Shown one piece after another: positions 28,282 to 38,607 of a stretch of DNA of 64,000 nt; within the stretch, counting starts at the first letter, position 1; each line of letters starts with the position of its first letter. Source of the stretch: Ignavibacteriota bacterium (GTDB lineage: Bacteria; Bacteroidota; Ignavibacteria; UBA10030; UBA6906); the NCBI GenBank assembly GCA_003152875.1, contig PMBF01000076.1, forward strand, positions 180,604 through 244,603. Direction: 5' to 3'. The translations under genes and the position numbers were made by a program. A model generated the notes under the pieces. That model did not search any database and was not told the origin of the DNA. It saw nothing but the letters and a program-made list of their open reading frames with translations.

Positions 28282-28355
28282 TATTAGGAGCCAATATAAT
28301 CAACAACTATTGATTTATCAATATTGTATATTTTTTATACTTCAACCATTTAGCT

Positions 28356-28370
28356 AATGACTATAGGTCA
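28356..28370. promoter_or_regulatory. Second, slightly imperfect copy of the operator palindrome (AATGACTATAGGTCA), about 91 bp from the first.
   Basis: Read directly; same TGACTATA(A/G)GTCA core. Confidence 0.4.
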
Positions 28371-28632
28371 GTGATACGAAGTATCTCTCCGTTTGTTTCG
28401 CAGCTCTCCTTTAATTGACGGACAGACCCGAACCGCACACAGGTTCGATTGGCAGGGGGCATCGGACGGATGGAATCAGCCCCGAGGATGACGGCGCATC
28501 CAAAACAGAGCGAGTTGAAACGGAACTGAGGTGGGAGAGAGCGCGAATCGGAACAATGGTTTTGTCCGGGCGATCATGGACGAGCCCCGGCAGACCATAT
28601 GCCGGGGCTCTCCATGCTGACCATTGAAGGGA

Positions 28633-30681
28633 TTACCAGATGTGTGCGCGGTCTTTCTCGGGCCGCCACATAGGATCACCGTCCTTGACATTGAATGCTG
28701 CATAGAACTCATCTATGTTCACCAGCGGTCCAATGGTCCGGAACCGGCCGGGGGAGTGAGGGTCGATGATCAATCGCCTGCGCAACTCCTCGGGCCGGTA
28801 GTTGGCCCGCCAGATCTGGGCCCAAGCCAGGAAGAAACGCTGAGGAGGAGTCATGCCGTTGATCTCCGGAGCGGGATGCTTCGCCAGAGCTTTTTGAAGC
28901 GCCGCATAAGCAATCGTAAGCCCTCCCAGATCGGCGATGTTCTCACCGAGAGTCAGTTTTCCGTTGACCCGGGACGTGTCGATCGCGACAAAGTCGCTGA
29001 ATTCCCTCTCCACCATCTTTGTCCGGGCCGTGAAGGCGATCTTATCGGTGGGAGACCACCAGTCCGCGAGGTTTCCTTTCGCATCGAACTGGCTCCCCTG
29101 ATCGTCGAAGCCGTGGGTCATCTCATGACCGATCACTGCCCCCATGCCGCCGTAATTCACAGCATCGTCCGCCGCGGGATCGAAGAAAGGAGGCTGCAGG
29201 ATGCCGGCAGGAAAGACGATCTCGTTCCTCGAGGGATTGTAATATGCGTTGACTGTTGGAGGCGTCATCCCCCACTCGGTCCGGTCGACCGGCTGGCCGA
29301 TCCTGTTCAGGACTCGCTTGAACTCGAAGGAGTCCGCCCTCATGATGTTGAGGACAACGGGACCGCGGTCGATCTCCAGCCCCGTGTAATCCCGCCATTT
29401 TTCAGGATAGCCGATCTTTACCCCGAAGGCATCGAGTTTCGCAAGCGCCTTGGCCCGAGTCTGATCGCTCATCCACTGGCGGTTCTGAATGCGCTCCCGA
29501 AACGCTTCCTTCAGGTTATTCACCATCTCCCTCGCGCGTTCCCTCGCTTGCGGCGGGAAGTATTTCTTCACATAGAGGATGCCGAGCGCCTCACCTACCC
29601 CGTCGTTGACCACATCGAGCGCCCGTTTCCACCGAGGCCGGAGTTCCTTGGCCCCTGTGAGCGTGGTGCCATAGAAGCGGAAGTTCTCCTGGACGAAGGC
29701 ATTGTTCAGTTGCGGTGCGGTACTGTGGAGGAGATGCCAGCGGAAGTAGCTCTTCCAGTCGCCCACCTGGCGCTCCGCCAGAAGACGGCTTAACGCGCGG
29801 AAGAATTCCGGCTGGGCGACGTTCAGGGCCCCGGGACCCGGTCGGCCGATCTCGCTAAAGTAGGCCGACCAGTCGAATGCTCCGGCAAGATCCTGCAGAT
29901 CGCCGAGCCCCATTTTATGATAGGTGGCGTTCGGATCGCGCCTCTGCACCCTGGTCATTGATGCCTTCGCAAGTTCAGTCTCGATTTCCATCACGGTCTT
30001 CGCAGCGGACGCGGACGTTACAGGCGTCATCCCGCTGAGTTCAAGGGTTTTTGCGACGTGCTTGACGTACTCATCACGGATGGTCCGTGACCGGTCGTCA
30101 TCCTTCGTGTAGTAGTCCCTGTCGGGAAGCCCGAGTCCCCCCTGGTACAGTTGAGCGATCTGATCGGTGCTGATTTTTGCATCCTGAGCGACGAAGAAAT
30201 TGAACAGGCCCGTGATTCCGTGCACATGAAGGAAGCCCGCGATGGAGCTCAGGTCGGTGCGACCCTGGATGCCGTCGATGCGGGCCAGCACGGGAGCCAG
30301 CGGAGCTATGCCGGCCTGCTCTGCCTGCACGGAATCCATGGCACTCGCATACAGATCGCCGACGCGCTGAACGGTGCCTCCTTTCGGGACAGCACTGTTA
30401 GCCGCAGCTTCATCGAGAACACCGTGAAGATCAAGGTAATTCTTCTCCATCAACTCCTCAAAGGCACCGTAACGGCTGTAGTCGGGAGGCACCGGATTGC
30501 GTGACAGCCAACCGCCATTTGCATACTGGAAGAAATCTTTGGAAGCAGGGGTGGTGGGATCAAGGTTGGAAGGATCGAGTCCGCGGTTCTCTGTGGAGGT
30601 GGGTGAGTCCGGGAACCCCGCACCGAGCAAAAGCAAGGCTCCACCCAGTGCAAGTGCTGTAGAGAGACTTCTCATCCGCAT
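28633..30681 (-). CDS. M13-family zinc metallopeptidase (PepO / neprilysin / endothelin-converting-enzyme-like), secreted.
   Basis: HEMTHGFD zinc motif, ENIADLGG and NAYY motifs; signal peptide. Confidence 0.85.
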   Translation of the reverse strand: MRMRSLSTALALGGALLLLGAGFPDSPTSTENRGLDPSNLDPTTPASKDFFQYANGGWLSRNPVPPDYSRYGAFEELMEKNYLDLHGVLDEAAANSAVPKGGTVQRVGDLYASAMDSVQAEQAGIAPLAPVLARIDGIQGRTDLSSIAGFLHVHGITGLFNFFVAQDAKISTDQIAQLYQGGLGLPDRDYYTKDDDRSRTIRDEYVKHVAKTLELSGMTPVTSASAAKTVMEIETELAKASMTRVQRRDPNATYHKMGLGDLQDLAGAFDWSAYFSEIGRPGPGALNVAQPEFFRALSRLLAERQVGDWKSYFRWHLLHSTAPQLNNAFVQENFRFYGTTLTGAKELRPRWKRALDVVNDGVGEALGILYVKKYFPPQARERAREMVNNLKEAFRERIQNRQWMSDQTRAKALAKLDAFGVKIGYPEKWRDYTGLEIDRGPVVLNIMRADSFEFKRVLNRIGQPVDRTEWGMTPPTVNAYYNPSRNEIVFPAGILQPPFFDPAADDAVNYGGMGAVIGHEMTHGFDDQGSQFDAKGNLADWWSPTDKIAFTARTKMVEREFSDFVAIDTSRVNGKLTLGENIADLGGLTIAYAALQKALAKHPAPEINGMTPPQRFFLAWAQIWRANYRPEELRRRLIIDPHSPGRFRTIGPLVNIDEFYAAFNVKDGDPMWRPEKDRAHIW

Positions 30682-30908
30682 GATGTGCTCCGTAAGTGGT
30701 AATCCGGCCCTCCCTGTCCAACAATGGCCGGCACAGGAGGAATCGGAAGGATGCCAACATAGTTATACGGAGCGAGGGCCTGAAAGATTCACCCTGAAAC
30801 ACCGAGCCCCGCAGGGGGTCCAGGCGTTCGGAGAAATCCCTGCAGGGCAGCGGCATGTGGTTGTGCAGCACCGATCAAGAGAGAGAGCAGAACCTTGCTG
30901 AGTGAGAT

Positions 30909-31970
30909 TTAATCGAATATGTAGTCTGTGATATGGCGCAGGAAATCGCGGCTCTCCCTGTGGGCCGCCCGCCACTGATTGTACCTCTCGCGCGTGATAA
31001 AGCCCACCGGCCCGCGGTAGATCCCGCCGTGGAGCCACTCGTCGAAGACTCTCACAGCGATGATGTTCTCCGATCCGGCATGGAGCAATCCCGACGGGAT
31101 CGTATACGCCCTGAGCTGCCGGTACTCGCCGCCTGAATAGTCGTCGCGGACCTCCGCGGGAAAGTGTCCGGTACGGCCAATCCGCTGACCGTTCAGATAT
31201 GTTTCATCGAAATCGTCAATGCGGCCCATCAGGAGCAGGAGGCGCTGGTCCGCAAGCTCTTCGGGAACCGTCACGTGCAGCCGGTACCATCCCGGACCGT
31301 CATATCCCTTGTGGCCCTGGGTCTCCCAGTAGGCGGGCACATACGCACTGTCCCAATGCGCATCATCGCAGGAGGTTTCACGCCAGGCAGGGTCATCGCC
31401 CAAGCGGAGTTTCCACATCCCGTCCAGCGAGAGATTGGGGTAGGGTGGATTCTTCACCTCATACAGGCCGAGGTCTCCCTGGACGATCCCGCCGTTCATC
31501 TGGTCGTCATACACACGGACTGCTATGACATTGTCTTCGCCGGGCTTGAGCATCCACGATGGCAGCTGATACTCGCGCTGGAGATTGTAGGCGGTCCGAT
31601 AGGCAGGGGGAAAGATGCCCATGAAGCCGACGAACCTTCCGTTCACATAGACCTCATCCACGTCATCGATCACACCAACTCTCAGCAGCAGCATCTTCCC
31701 CCGGGCGGTTTCGGGAACACGGATGTGCTTTCTGTACCAGGCATATCCGTCGTAACCGGGATAGCCCTGGTCCTCCCAGGGTCCGGGGGCGCGGATTGTT
31801 TCCCATGACCGGTCGTTGAACTCCGGTGAGGCCCAGCGCATGTCGTCCCCCGCCTCGAACTTCCATTCGCCGGAAATATCCACGAGACGGACGTTCTCCT
31901 GGGCTCCCGCAGGAGCGGCAGCCAGAAGAACGGCCACAAGGTATGGATAGACGTTTTTCATGATATTCAC
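30909..31970 (-). CDS. Secreted protein built from two tandem GH2-N-like sugar-binding (galactose-binding-like jelly-roll) domains, with no catalytic domain.
   Basis: Two internal repeats of about 150 aa each carry the W.F......W..I.VP..WE.QG...YDG.GWYR...VP.......LL.G.IDD.DE.Y.NG..IG pattern of the GH2 N-terminal sugar-binding domain. Confidence 0.55.
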   Translation of the reverse strand: MNIMKNVYPYLVAVLLAAAPAGAQENVRLVDISGEWKFEAGDDMRWASPEFNDRSWETIRAPGPWEDQGYPGYDGYAWYRKHIRVPETARGKMLLLRVGVIDDVDEVYVNGRFVGFMGIFPPAYRTAYNLQREYQLPSWMLKPGEDNVIAVRVYDDQMNGGIVQGDLGLYEVKNPPYPNLSLDGMWKLRLGDDPAWRETSCDDAHWDSAYVPAYWETQGHKGYDGPGWYRLHVTVPEELADQRLLLLMGRIDDFDETYLNGQRIGRTGHFPAEVRDDYSGGEYRQLRAYTIPSGLLHAGSENIIAVRVFDEWLHGGIYRGPVGFITRERYNQWRAAHRESRDFLRHITDYIFD

Positions 31971-32104
31971 CCGATGATTTCAGTAACAGCGGCGAGGAAG
32001 TACCGCCAGATCAATCCGAAATAACCAGTGTGGAATAGTACGGTGCATTCTTGAAAAGTGTGTCACTGTGCTGAATGCGCCTGTAAAACTATGTCACCGC
32101 CGTA

Positions 32105-32551
32105 TCACTCATTCATGCTGAGCGCGGCCGCCTGCAGCCGTGCGGCAAGAACGGCGAATAACGCATCCGGCGATGTGCAGGCCCAGCACTCCTTCACATC
32201 CGCCGCTTGCGGCTCGTCAAAAACGGCACTTGCCAGATAGGCTTTGTAGCGGATGGCCATCGTGCGCCCTCCAGTGACCAGGGTGCGAAGCGCCTGTTCC
32301 GCACGCGGGAAATGCCTGTTGCGGTACGCAAGCTTCATTCTGACAAGATGCGCAATGCTCGATCCGATGACACCGTCGTTCTCCGACCTCAGGTTCTCGG
32401 TGAGATTTCGCTCGACCGCTCCGATGTCGACGGCATGGTATCTCGCGTCGCCGGAAAAATAGGGTTGATCCTCTGCCGGGGGCCGGGCGGAAGCGGAGCC
32501 GACAAGCAAAATCGTGACCAGGGCAGCGGGGACAACAGTATGCAGGTTCAT
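32105..32551 (-). CDS. Secreted hypothetical protein of 148 aa.
   Basis: Signal peptide MNLHTVVPAALVTILLVGSASA; no recognised family. Confidence 0.4.
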   Translation of the reverse strand: MNLHTVVPAALVTILLVGSASARPPAEDQPYFSGDARYHAVDIGAVERNLTENLRSENDGVIGSSIAHLVRMKLAYRNRHFPRAEQALRTLVTGGRTMAIRYKAYLASAVFDEPQAADVKECWACTSPDALFAVLAARLQAAALSMNE

Positions 32552-32665
32552 GACATTCTCCTTCAGGTGGAGTGACCGGGCTTGCGTTTCCTGTTGGAGT
32601 GTACGCCCTGAGTGCGAAGAAGATGTGACGGAGGAGTCAGCGAATGTAAAGGATTGTGACGCGGG

Positions 32666-33349
32666 TCAGGGCACCAGGCGATAGCCGGCGCCGTGCACGG
32701 TGATGATGTGCTTCGGGCGGGAGGGGTCCTCTTCGATCTTCTGCCGGAGTTTGACCATGAAGTTGTCGACCGTCCGGGTCGTGGGGGCCGATTCATACCC
32801 CCAGACCTCGCTGAGCAGCTGATCGCGGGTCACCGTCTGGTTCCGGTGCTGCCAGAGAAATTTCAGGATTTCAAATTCCCGCGCGGTCATCACCACGTCC
32901 TCTCCCTTCCTGGTTGCCGTGTAGGCGTCGAGATTCGCCTCGAGGCACCCAAGCGCGATCCGGAGTCCTGCCGCAGCAAGAGCGGGATCCCTCCGCCGCA
33001 GCACCGCCTTCACGCGCGCGAGCAGCTCGCGAAGGCTGAAGGGTTTCAGCACATAGTCGTCTGCTCCCAGCTCCAGGCCCAAGACCCTGTCGATCTCCTC
33101 CCCTTTCGCGGTGAGCACGATGATGGGTGTGCTTATGCCGCGTTCCCGCGCATGCCTGAGGACATCAAACCCCGACATCGAGGGGAGCATGATATCGAGC
33201 AGCACAAGGTCATAATTCCCGGCGGCAATTTTGTTCAAGCCTTCTTCCCCGTCCCCCGCGACCTCGACTTCATAGCCCTCGAATTCCAGATTGTCCTTCA
33301 GGCCCTCGCGCATTTTGCGCTCGTCTTCCACGACCAGGATCCGTGTCAT
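32666..33349 (-). CDS. OmpR/PhoB-family response regulator (REC domain plus winged-helix DNA-binding domain).
   Basis: Phospho-acceptor D in LVLLDIMLP; C-terminal wHTH ...TVHGAGYRL. Confidence 0.85.
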   Translation of the reverse strand: MTRILVVEDERKMREGLKDNLEFEGYEVEVAGDGEEGLNKIAAGNYDLVLLDIMLPSMSGFDVLRHARERGISTPIIVLTAKGEEIDRVLGLELGADDYVLKPFSLRELLARVKAVLRRRDPALAAAGLRIALGCLEANLDAYTATRKGEDVVMTAREFEILKFLWQHRNQTVTRDQLLSEVWGYESAPTTRTVDNFMVKLRQKIEEDPSRPKHIITVHGAGYRLVP

Positions 33350-35004
33350 GCCCTTGCCTCAGGTTGTCTGTTCTTCCCCGGATCAGCGCAGGGATCCGGA
33401 AATACCAGCGCGAACGTGCTCCCGGCCCCGGGGACGCTCCTGACCGTGATCTCGCCGCGATGGGCACCCATGATATGCTTGACGATCGCGAGCCCGACGC
33501 CGCTGCCCCGGGCCGTCTGCACGAGGCCGCCAGAAGCACGGTAGAACATATCGAAGATGTTGGGGAGATGCTGCGCGGTGATGCCGATACCGTGATCTTC
33601 CACAGACAGGACAACGTTTCCCCCGTCGACGGCGGTCGCCACCCGCAGGAACTTACCTTCTCCCCCGTACTTGATGGCGTTGTCGACAAGGTTGACGACC
33701 GCTTCCGTCACGGCCTCGAGGTCCGCTTCCACAGCCGGGAGCCCAGCTGCACAGCCTACCTGCATCTGGATTCCCTCGGCGCGGATGTGGGGTTCCCAGA
33801 CGCGCGCGACATCCTCAACGACGGTATTGAGATCGAGCGGCGCGAACCGGTATGGCATCCGTCCGGCCTCCAGGCGCGAGAAATTGAGGATGTTATTCAC
33901 GAGTCTGGTGAGACGCGCCGATTCTGCGACAATCGTCGCGTAATACTCCTGCCTCTTAGACTCGTCTTTCGCCCTCCCCATTTCCAGCATTTCGGCATAC
34001 ATGCGGATCAGCGCAAGGGGGGTCCGGAGCTCGTGGGAGATGCTCGAGACAAAATCAGACTTCAGGCGGGTGAATTCCATTTCCCGCCGGAGGTTCCGAT
34101 AGGTGGCCCAGGCGCCTGCAAGCAGAACGAGATCGAGTGCCACAATCATCGCGAGAGTCCGGCGTGAGCGGGAGGCGGCCAGCTCTTCCACAGAGGTGCC
34201 CCGGAATCTGATGCCGGCTTCCAGACCCGGGAAAACCCAGAGAGTACGCCGCTGGGTAATGGAAGCCTCCTGCACGCTGTCGGTGGCAAACGTCGTGCCG
34301 GGCACTCCCCTCCGCATGACTGCAATGACGAACTCCGTGCCGGCGGTCTCGAGAAGGCGCGGAGCCAGGGTTGTGCGGACGAACCGGTCGGGTTCAAGGA
34401 CAAATCCTGCCAGACGGATTCCCGGCCCCCCGGCGAGGAACACGAGGGCCACCCTCATATCTCCGCCTGCGCTGTCAAGGACGAAAGGGTCGAGCCTGGT
34501 ATAGCCTGCAGCCCGCAATTTGATCAGGCGTTTCCTCCCGGCTGCGGCTTCCCGAGCCGCCAGGTCGAGCCTTCCAGGCGAAGGATCGTTCTGATGCCTC
34601 CAGAACACGCGCTCTATATGCCCTGCCGTGTCCGCCAGGAAAGCCGCATCCACAGCATCGTGGCGCTCCACAGATGCGTGCAGGAGGCTGTCCTCGGGCT
34701 CTCTCGAGGCCAGGCCGCCTGAGAGGGAGGCCGCCCATCCGCTTACGACGTCCCACGAATACTGATTCACGGAGGAAAGCACACCTTCGAGCTGGCGGGT
34801 GTACGTCGAGGCAAGAATCCTCTCCGCGGCATTCAGCGTGGCGAGCTCGTAGGCCGAGAAGATCAGGACAGGGAGGAGGATCAGCAGTCCGAGCACGAGG
34901 AGCACCGAGCGCTTCGTATTGCGGCGGCCGAAGGCCCGGGGGGCATGGCGTTCTCTTTGCAGTCTGATCAACGGTGTGTCCGGAAAGGAATTGCGGGGCA
35001 TCAA
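33346..35004 (-). CDS. Sensor histidine kinase (two TM helices, HisKA and HATPase_c domains), partner of the OmpR-type regulator.
   Basis: H-box FVSSISHELRTPL, N/G boxes; 4-bp overlap with the regulator gene. Confidence 0.85.
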   Translation of the reverse strand: MMPRNSFPDTPLIRLQRERHAPRAFGRRNTKRSVLLVLGLLILLPVLIFSAYELATLNAAERILASTYTRQLEGVLSSVNQYSWDVVSGWAASLSGGLASREPEDSLLHASVERHDAVDAAFLADTAGHIERVFWRHQNDPSPGRLDLAAREAAAGRKRLIKLRAAGYTRLDPFVLDSAGGDMRVALVFLAGGPGIRLAGFVLEPDRFVRTTLAPRLLETAGTEFVIAVMRRGVPGTTFATDSVQEASITQRRTLWVFPGLEAGIRFRGTSVEELAASRSRRTLAMIVALDLVLLAGAWATYRNLRREMEFTRLKSDFVSSISHELRTPLALIRMYAEMLEMGRAKDESKRQEYYATIVAESARLTRLVNNILNFSRLEAGRMPYRFAPLDLNTVVEDVARVWEPHIRAEGIQMQVGCAAGLPAVEADLEAVTEAVVNLVDNAIKYGGEGKFLRVATAVDGGNVVLSVEDHGIGITAQHLPNIFDMFYRASGGLVQTARGSGVGLAIVKHIMGAHRGEITVRSVPGAGSTFALVFPDPCADPGKNRQPEARA

Positions 35005-35037
35005 AGGACGATTCGTCGCCGGGCCGGCTGGCCTTTG

Positions 35038-35853
35038 CTAAGGTACGAAATCAGCCGGCGGAATGAAAGACCGTCCTTCACCGGAGCGGTGCCCACGCAG
35101 GAAGGCGAATACGGCCTGTGCGAAAAGCACGGGTTGATCAGCGTGCACCCAGTGACCTGCCCCGGGCACGGTGACGAACCGGGCGGCCGGAAAAAGCGCC
35201 GTGAATGCCTGGAGATGCTCAGGCCGCACATACGCGGAGGCTTCTCCGCGGACGACAAGAACGGGCCCCTCGAACCTTCTACCCCCTCGAAGAGCGGCGT
35301 TCATGGCTTCAGAGTTCCGCATGAGGGCTTCCAGACCCAATCGCCACGCGAGCCGGCCATCCCCGGTGCGGTGCAGGTTGGTCATCAGAAACTGGCGGGT
35401 TCGCTCCACGGGGATCTGAGGCCGGAGCGCCGCATCGACCTCTCCCCTTGACGCGAAGGCCGAAGGGTCAACTGAGGCAAGCGCCTCCATGAGCGCATCG
35501 TGCGAGGGAGGATAGGGTGCTGGTGCGATATCGACGACGATGAGGCTCTTCACGCGATCGGGCGTCCCCAGGGCGACCTCCATCGCGGTCTTCCCCCCCA
35601 TCGAGTGCCCCAGAAGATGAGCGCTGGACATTGCCTGCTGGTCCATGAATTCTCGGAGGTCGTCCGCCAGCACAGGGAAGGTGTGAACCGGATGATGGGG
35701 CGAACGCCCGTGGTTGCGCTGGTCGACTGCGTAGACCTCGAACTCTTCGGCGAATGCGCGGCACAGAGTGGCCCAGTTGTTCAGCGAGCCGAAGAGGCCG
35801 TGGAGGATGACAAGCGGCTCACCGGCGCCGTAGCGGCGGGATGACAGTTGCAT
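35038..35853 (-). CDS. Alpha/beta-fold hydrolase (esterase/MenH-like).
   Basis: Oxyanion-hole HGLFGS and nucleophile elbow GHSMGG; about 270 aa. Confidence 0.7.
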   Translation of the reverse strand: MQLSSRRYGAGEPLVILHGLFGSLNNWATLCRAFAEEFEVYAVDQRNHGRSPHHPVHTFPVLADDLREFMDQQAMSSAHLLGHSMGGKTAMEVALGTPDRVKSLIVVDIAPAPYPPSHDALMEALASVDPSAFASRGEVDAALRPQIPVERTRQFLMTNLHRTGDGRLAWRLGLEALMRNSEAMNAALRGGRRFEGPVLVVRGEASAYVRPEHLQAFTALFPAARFVTVPGAGHWVHADQPVLFAQAVFAFLRGHRSGEGRSFIPPADFVP

Positions 35854-35883
35854 GGTCTTCCGGAGCTGCCCTCCGTATGAACC

Positions 35884-36879
35884 TCAGGTGGAGCACTGAC
35901 GGAGGGCATCTTCCAGGACTCGCATGTTCTGCAAACCATTCGCGCCGTCCAGCGGATGCCCGGTGCCGTTCAGGATGGCGTCGGAGAAGAGAGTCACCTC
36001 TCTGGAATAGAGGTTCGGTATGTCAACGCGTTCGGTCATCACGTCGCCGGGCAGGCCTCCAGACCCTTTGAGCACCGTGACGGTGAGGGTCTCCGCGGGC
36101 GCGGTGAAATCGGGGAGGGATACGATCGCGTCGCGGCACATGACTTCAAGCATCCGGATCCGGACGGGGGAGGCATACGTGCAGAAGCTTGACGCCGGTG
36201 TCCCCCGGGAGAACTGAAGGCTCAGAAGCGCCGAGGTCTCGGTCGTCGCATGCGTCGGCCGGGGATCAAGGTGCGCTTTGACGGAAGCCACTTCGTCGTC
36301 AAGAACGTAGCGAAGCGTGTCAAGGCAATGGATCCCTATATCGTAGAGGGGGCCGCCCCCGGCCACCCGCGTGTCAAACAGCCAGGCCCGGCCGCTGAGC
36401 CGGGCGTTGTAGGAAAAATCTGCGCGGGCAAACACCACGGGCCCGTATGCTCCCGAGCCAACCAGCTCCCGTACCCTTTCTACAGCCGGGGAAAGCCTGA
36501 CCATGTGTCCGACCATAAGCCTGACGCCATGTCGATCGCACGCAGCGATCATTTCCTTTGCCTCAGCCACCGTGAGGGACATCGGTTTCTCGACGATCAC
36601 GTGCTTGCCCGCGGCCGCGGCGGCAAGGGTCTCGGGATGATGCGCGGAGTTCGCGGAGCAGATGAACACCGCATCGACATCAGGATGATTGACCAGCGCG
36701 CCGACGGAATCGAAGGCGTGCGGCACTCCCGTCCGGGCCGCGATCTCCCTCGCAGACGCAAGCGACCGTTTCTGGAGGGCGACAAGCGACGAGTTAGCGG
36801 AGCTCATGATTGCGGGGCCGATGGCCCTGCCGGCGAATTCTCCAAAACCGATGATGCCGTATCGTACCCTGGGTGGCAT
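35884..36879 (-). CDS. Gfo/Idh/MocA-family NAD(P)-dependent oxidoreductase.
   Basis: N-terminal Rossmann motif IIGFGEFAGRA and the EKP motif. Confidence 0.75.
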   Translation of the reverse strand: MPPRVRYGIIGFGEFAGRAIGPAIMSSANSSLVALQKRSLASAREIAARTGVPHAFDSVGALVNHPDVDAVFICSANSAHHPETLAAAAAGKHVIVEKPMSLTVAEAKEMIAACDRHGVRLMVGHMVRLSPAVERVRELVGSGAYGPVVFARADFSYNARLSGRAWLFDTRVAGGGPLYDIGIHCLDTLRYVLDDEVASVKAHLDPRPTHATTETSALLSLQFSRGTPASSFCTYASPVRIRMLEVMCRDAIVSLPDFTAPAETLTVTVLKGSGGLPGDVMTERVDIPNLYSREVTLFSDAILNGTGHPLDGANGLQNMRVLEDALRQCST

Positions 36880-36897
36880 GAACGCTGCTCCGGAGTT

Positions 36898-37395
36898 CTA
36901 CTTGCCTGCCGCGCGCTGGCCGAGCTGCCGGTCCAGCATGAGCAGAGATAATCCGCTCTCGCCGACCATCCTGAGCATGTGCAGGACTTCATCGGCGTTC
37001 TTTTCCTCTTCGACCTGTTCCTGGACAAACCACTGGAGCTCGATCTGCGTGGCGTGGTCGTTTTCCCTGATGGCAAGATCGTACAGGTTGTTGATGGCCG
37101 CGGTCACCTTCCGCTCATGCTCCAGCACAAGGGTGAAGACGGCGATCGGCGAGGCATAGTCCTTAGGCGGCTTCTCAACCGTTTCCAGGGTGACGCGGCC
37201 CCGCCTGTCATTGACGTAGCGGAAGAGCTTCATGCCGTGGGATAATTCTTCCTGCCACTGGATCCGGAGCCAGGTGGCAATTCCGGGGAGGTTCACGCTC
37301 TCGCAGTATGCCGACATCGCCAGATAGAGGTACGCGGATTCGATTTCATGCTTCAGCTGGAGATTGATGGCGCTTTCGATAGACGGACTGAGCAT
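36898..37395 (-). CDS. Ferritin (non-haem ferritin-like iron storage), about 165 aa. The start was trimmed to the internal Met.
   Basis: Ferroxidase-centre residues in E..SA..YL...AY and QEE..HG; the N-terminal 45 aa of the track ORF are not protein-like. Confidence 0.7.
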   Translation of the reverse strand: MLSPSIESAINLQLKHEIESAYLYLAMSAYCESVNLPGIATWLRIQWQEELSHGMKLFRYVNDRRGRVTLETVEKPPKDYASPIAVFTLVLEHERKVTAAINNLYDLAIRENDHATQIELQWFVQEQVEEEKNADEVLHMLRMVGESGLSLLMLDRQLGQRAAGK

Positions 37396-37563
37396 AGCGT
37401 TTCCTTTCGTGGAAGTGGAGGTGAGAGACGGCGTGCATCTCCATGAACAAATCGGGAGGGGCCCCGGTTCACCTCTCCCGGGACCCACTCCCGCATATTG
37501 CCCCCGGCCCTCTGTTTGCTCCGGGAGCACCCCTTCACGGCCTCGAGGCCTCCCTCCGCCCGC

Positions 37564-38265
37564 TCATTTCACTGAGAGCAGCTCCACTTCGAAGCAGAGT
37601 GTGGCGTTCGGCGGGATCACGGTCCCCGCGCCCCTCTCCCCGTAAGCAAGGTCCGACGGAATCCAGAGCTGCCACTTGGAGCCCACCTTCATCTTCAGCA
37701 GCGCCTCCGTCCAGCCGCGGATTACTCCGGACACGGGAAATGTGGCGGGTTCCCCCCGCTTGTAGGAGCTGTCGAACTCTTTTCCGTCGATCAGCGTCCC
37801 CGCGTAATTCACCGTAACTGTCTGGGTCGACTTCGGGACGGGACCGTTTCCCTCTTTCAGGACCTTGTACTGCAGTCCGTCGGGAAGGGTGGTCACCCCC
37901 TCTTTCGCCTTGTTCGCGGCAAGGAATGCCTCCCCTTCGCCCTTGTTTTTCTCTCCCTGCACTTTTGCATTCGACATTTGCTTCTCCATCATTTCTGACT
38001 GAAACATCTTCATCGTGGAATCCACCATGCGCTGCGACAGGATCCTCTTGCTGCTATCCACGGCGGCATCCTGAACCCCGAGGACCAACGCATCTGGGCT
38101 CACCTGAATGGAATCGCGGATGAGGTTGTGCCCGATGTTCAGCCCGATCACGTAGCTGACGGAATCCTTTTTCGTTGCCAGCGCGGATGATCCGCCTTTC
38201 CTGGCGTCCTGGGCCTGGCACCCGAGCATGCTTCCCGCCAGCACCACGGCAAGTAGGACTCTCAT
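37564..38265 (-). CDS. FKBP-type peptidyl-prolyl cis-trans isomerase (FkpA/Mip-like), secreted.
   Basis: A signal peptide and dimerisation helix followed by the FKBP domain ...GVIRGWTEALLKMKVGSKWQLWIPSDLAYGERG. Confidence 0.8.
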   Translation of the reverse strand: MRVLLAVVLAGSMLGCQAQDARKGGSSALATKKDSVSYVIGLNIGHNLIRDSIQVSPDALVLGVQDAAVDSSKRILSQRMVDSTMKMFQSEMMEKQMSNAKVQGEKNKGEGEAFLAANKAKEGVTTLPDGLQYKVLKEGNGPVPKSTQTVTVNYAGTLIDGKEFDSSYKRGEPATFPVSGVIRGWTEALLKMKVGSKWQLWIPSDLAYGERGAGTVIPPNATLCFEVELLSVK

Positions 38266-38382
38266 GAACCTCCCTTTCCTTGACTGATGGAATGATTGAC
38301 ATGTATCCCGGCCGCTTCACGGCCGTTCGTCGCAGCACCTGCCTTGACGTTCTGTGTGCACGGAACCACGCGCAGAGGCGCG

Positions 38383-38607
38383 TCAGATCCCGTCGAACAA
38401 TTCGTTCAGCATCTCCCGGGCCTGCGCGGCATGTTCCGCCTCGACGTACAGGTCTGCCCCCTGCGGAAAGCCCGCAGATGCCCCGGCCCCCAGGAATCCG
38501 GCATCCGGCGATTGGATGACTGACTCTATTCCGTCCTCCTGAAGCGATTGCTGAGCCCTCTCGGCATAGGACCTGTCGGGAAAATTCTTGACCAGCTCCA
38601 GCCCCAT
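38383..38607 (-). CDS. DUF2007-like small protein of about 75 aa (putative signal-transducing protein).
   Basis: An internal Met begins MGLELVKNFPDRSYAERAQQSLQEDGIESV...; the upstream part of the track ORF is Arg/Gly-rich and probably non-coding. Confidence 0.35.
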   Translation of the reverse strand: MGLELVKNFPDRSYAERAQQSLQEDGIESVIQSPDAGFLGAGASAGFPQGADLYVEAEHAAQAREMLNELFDGI

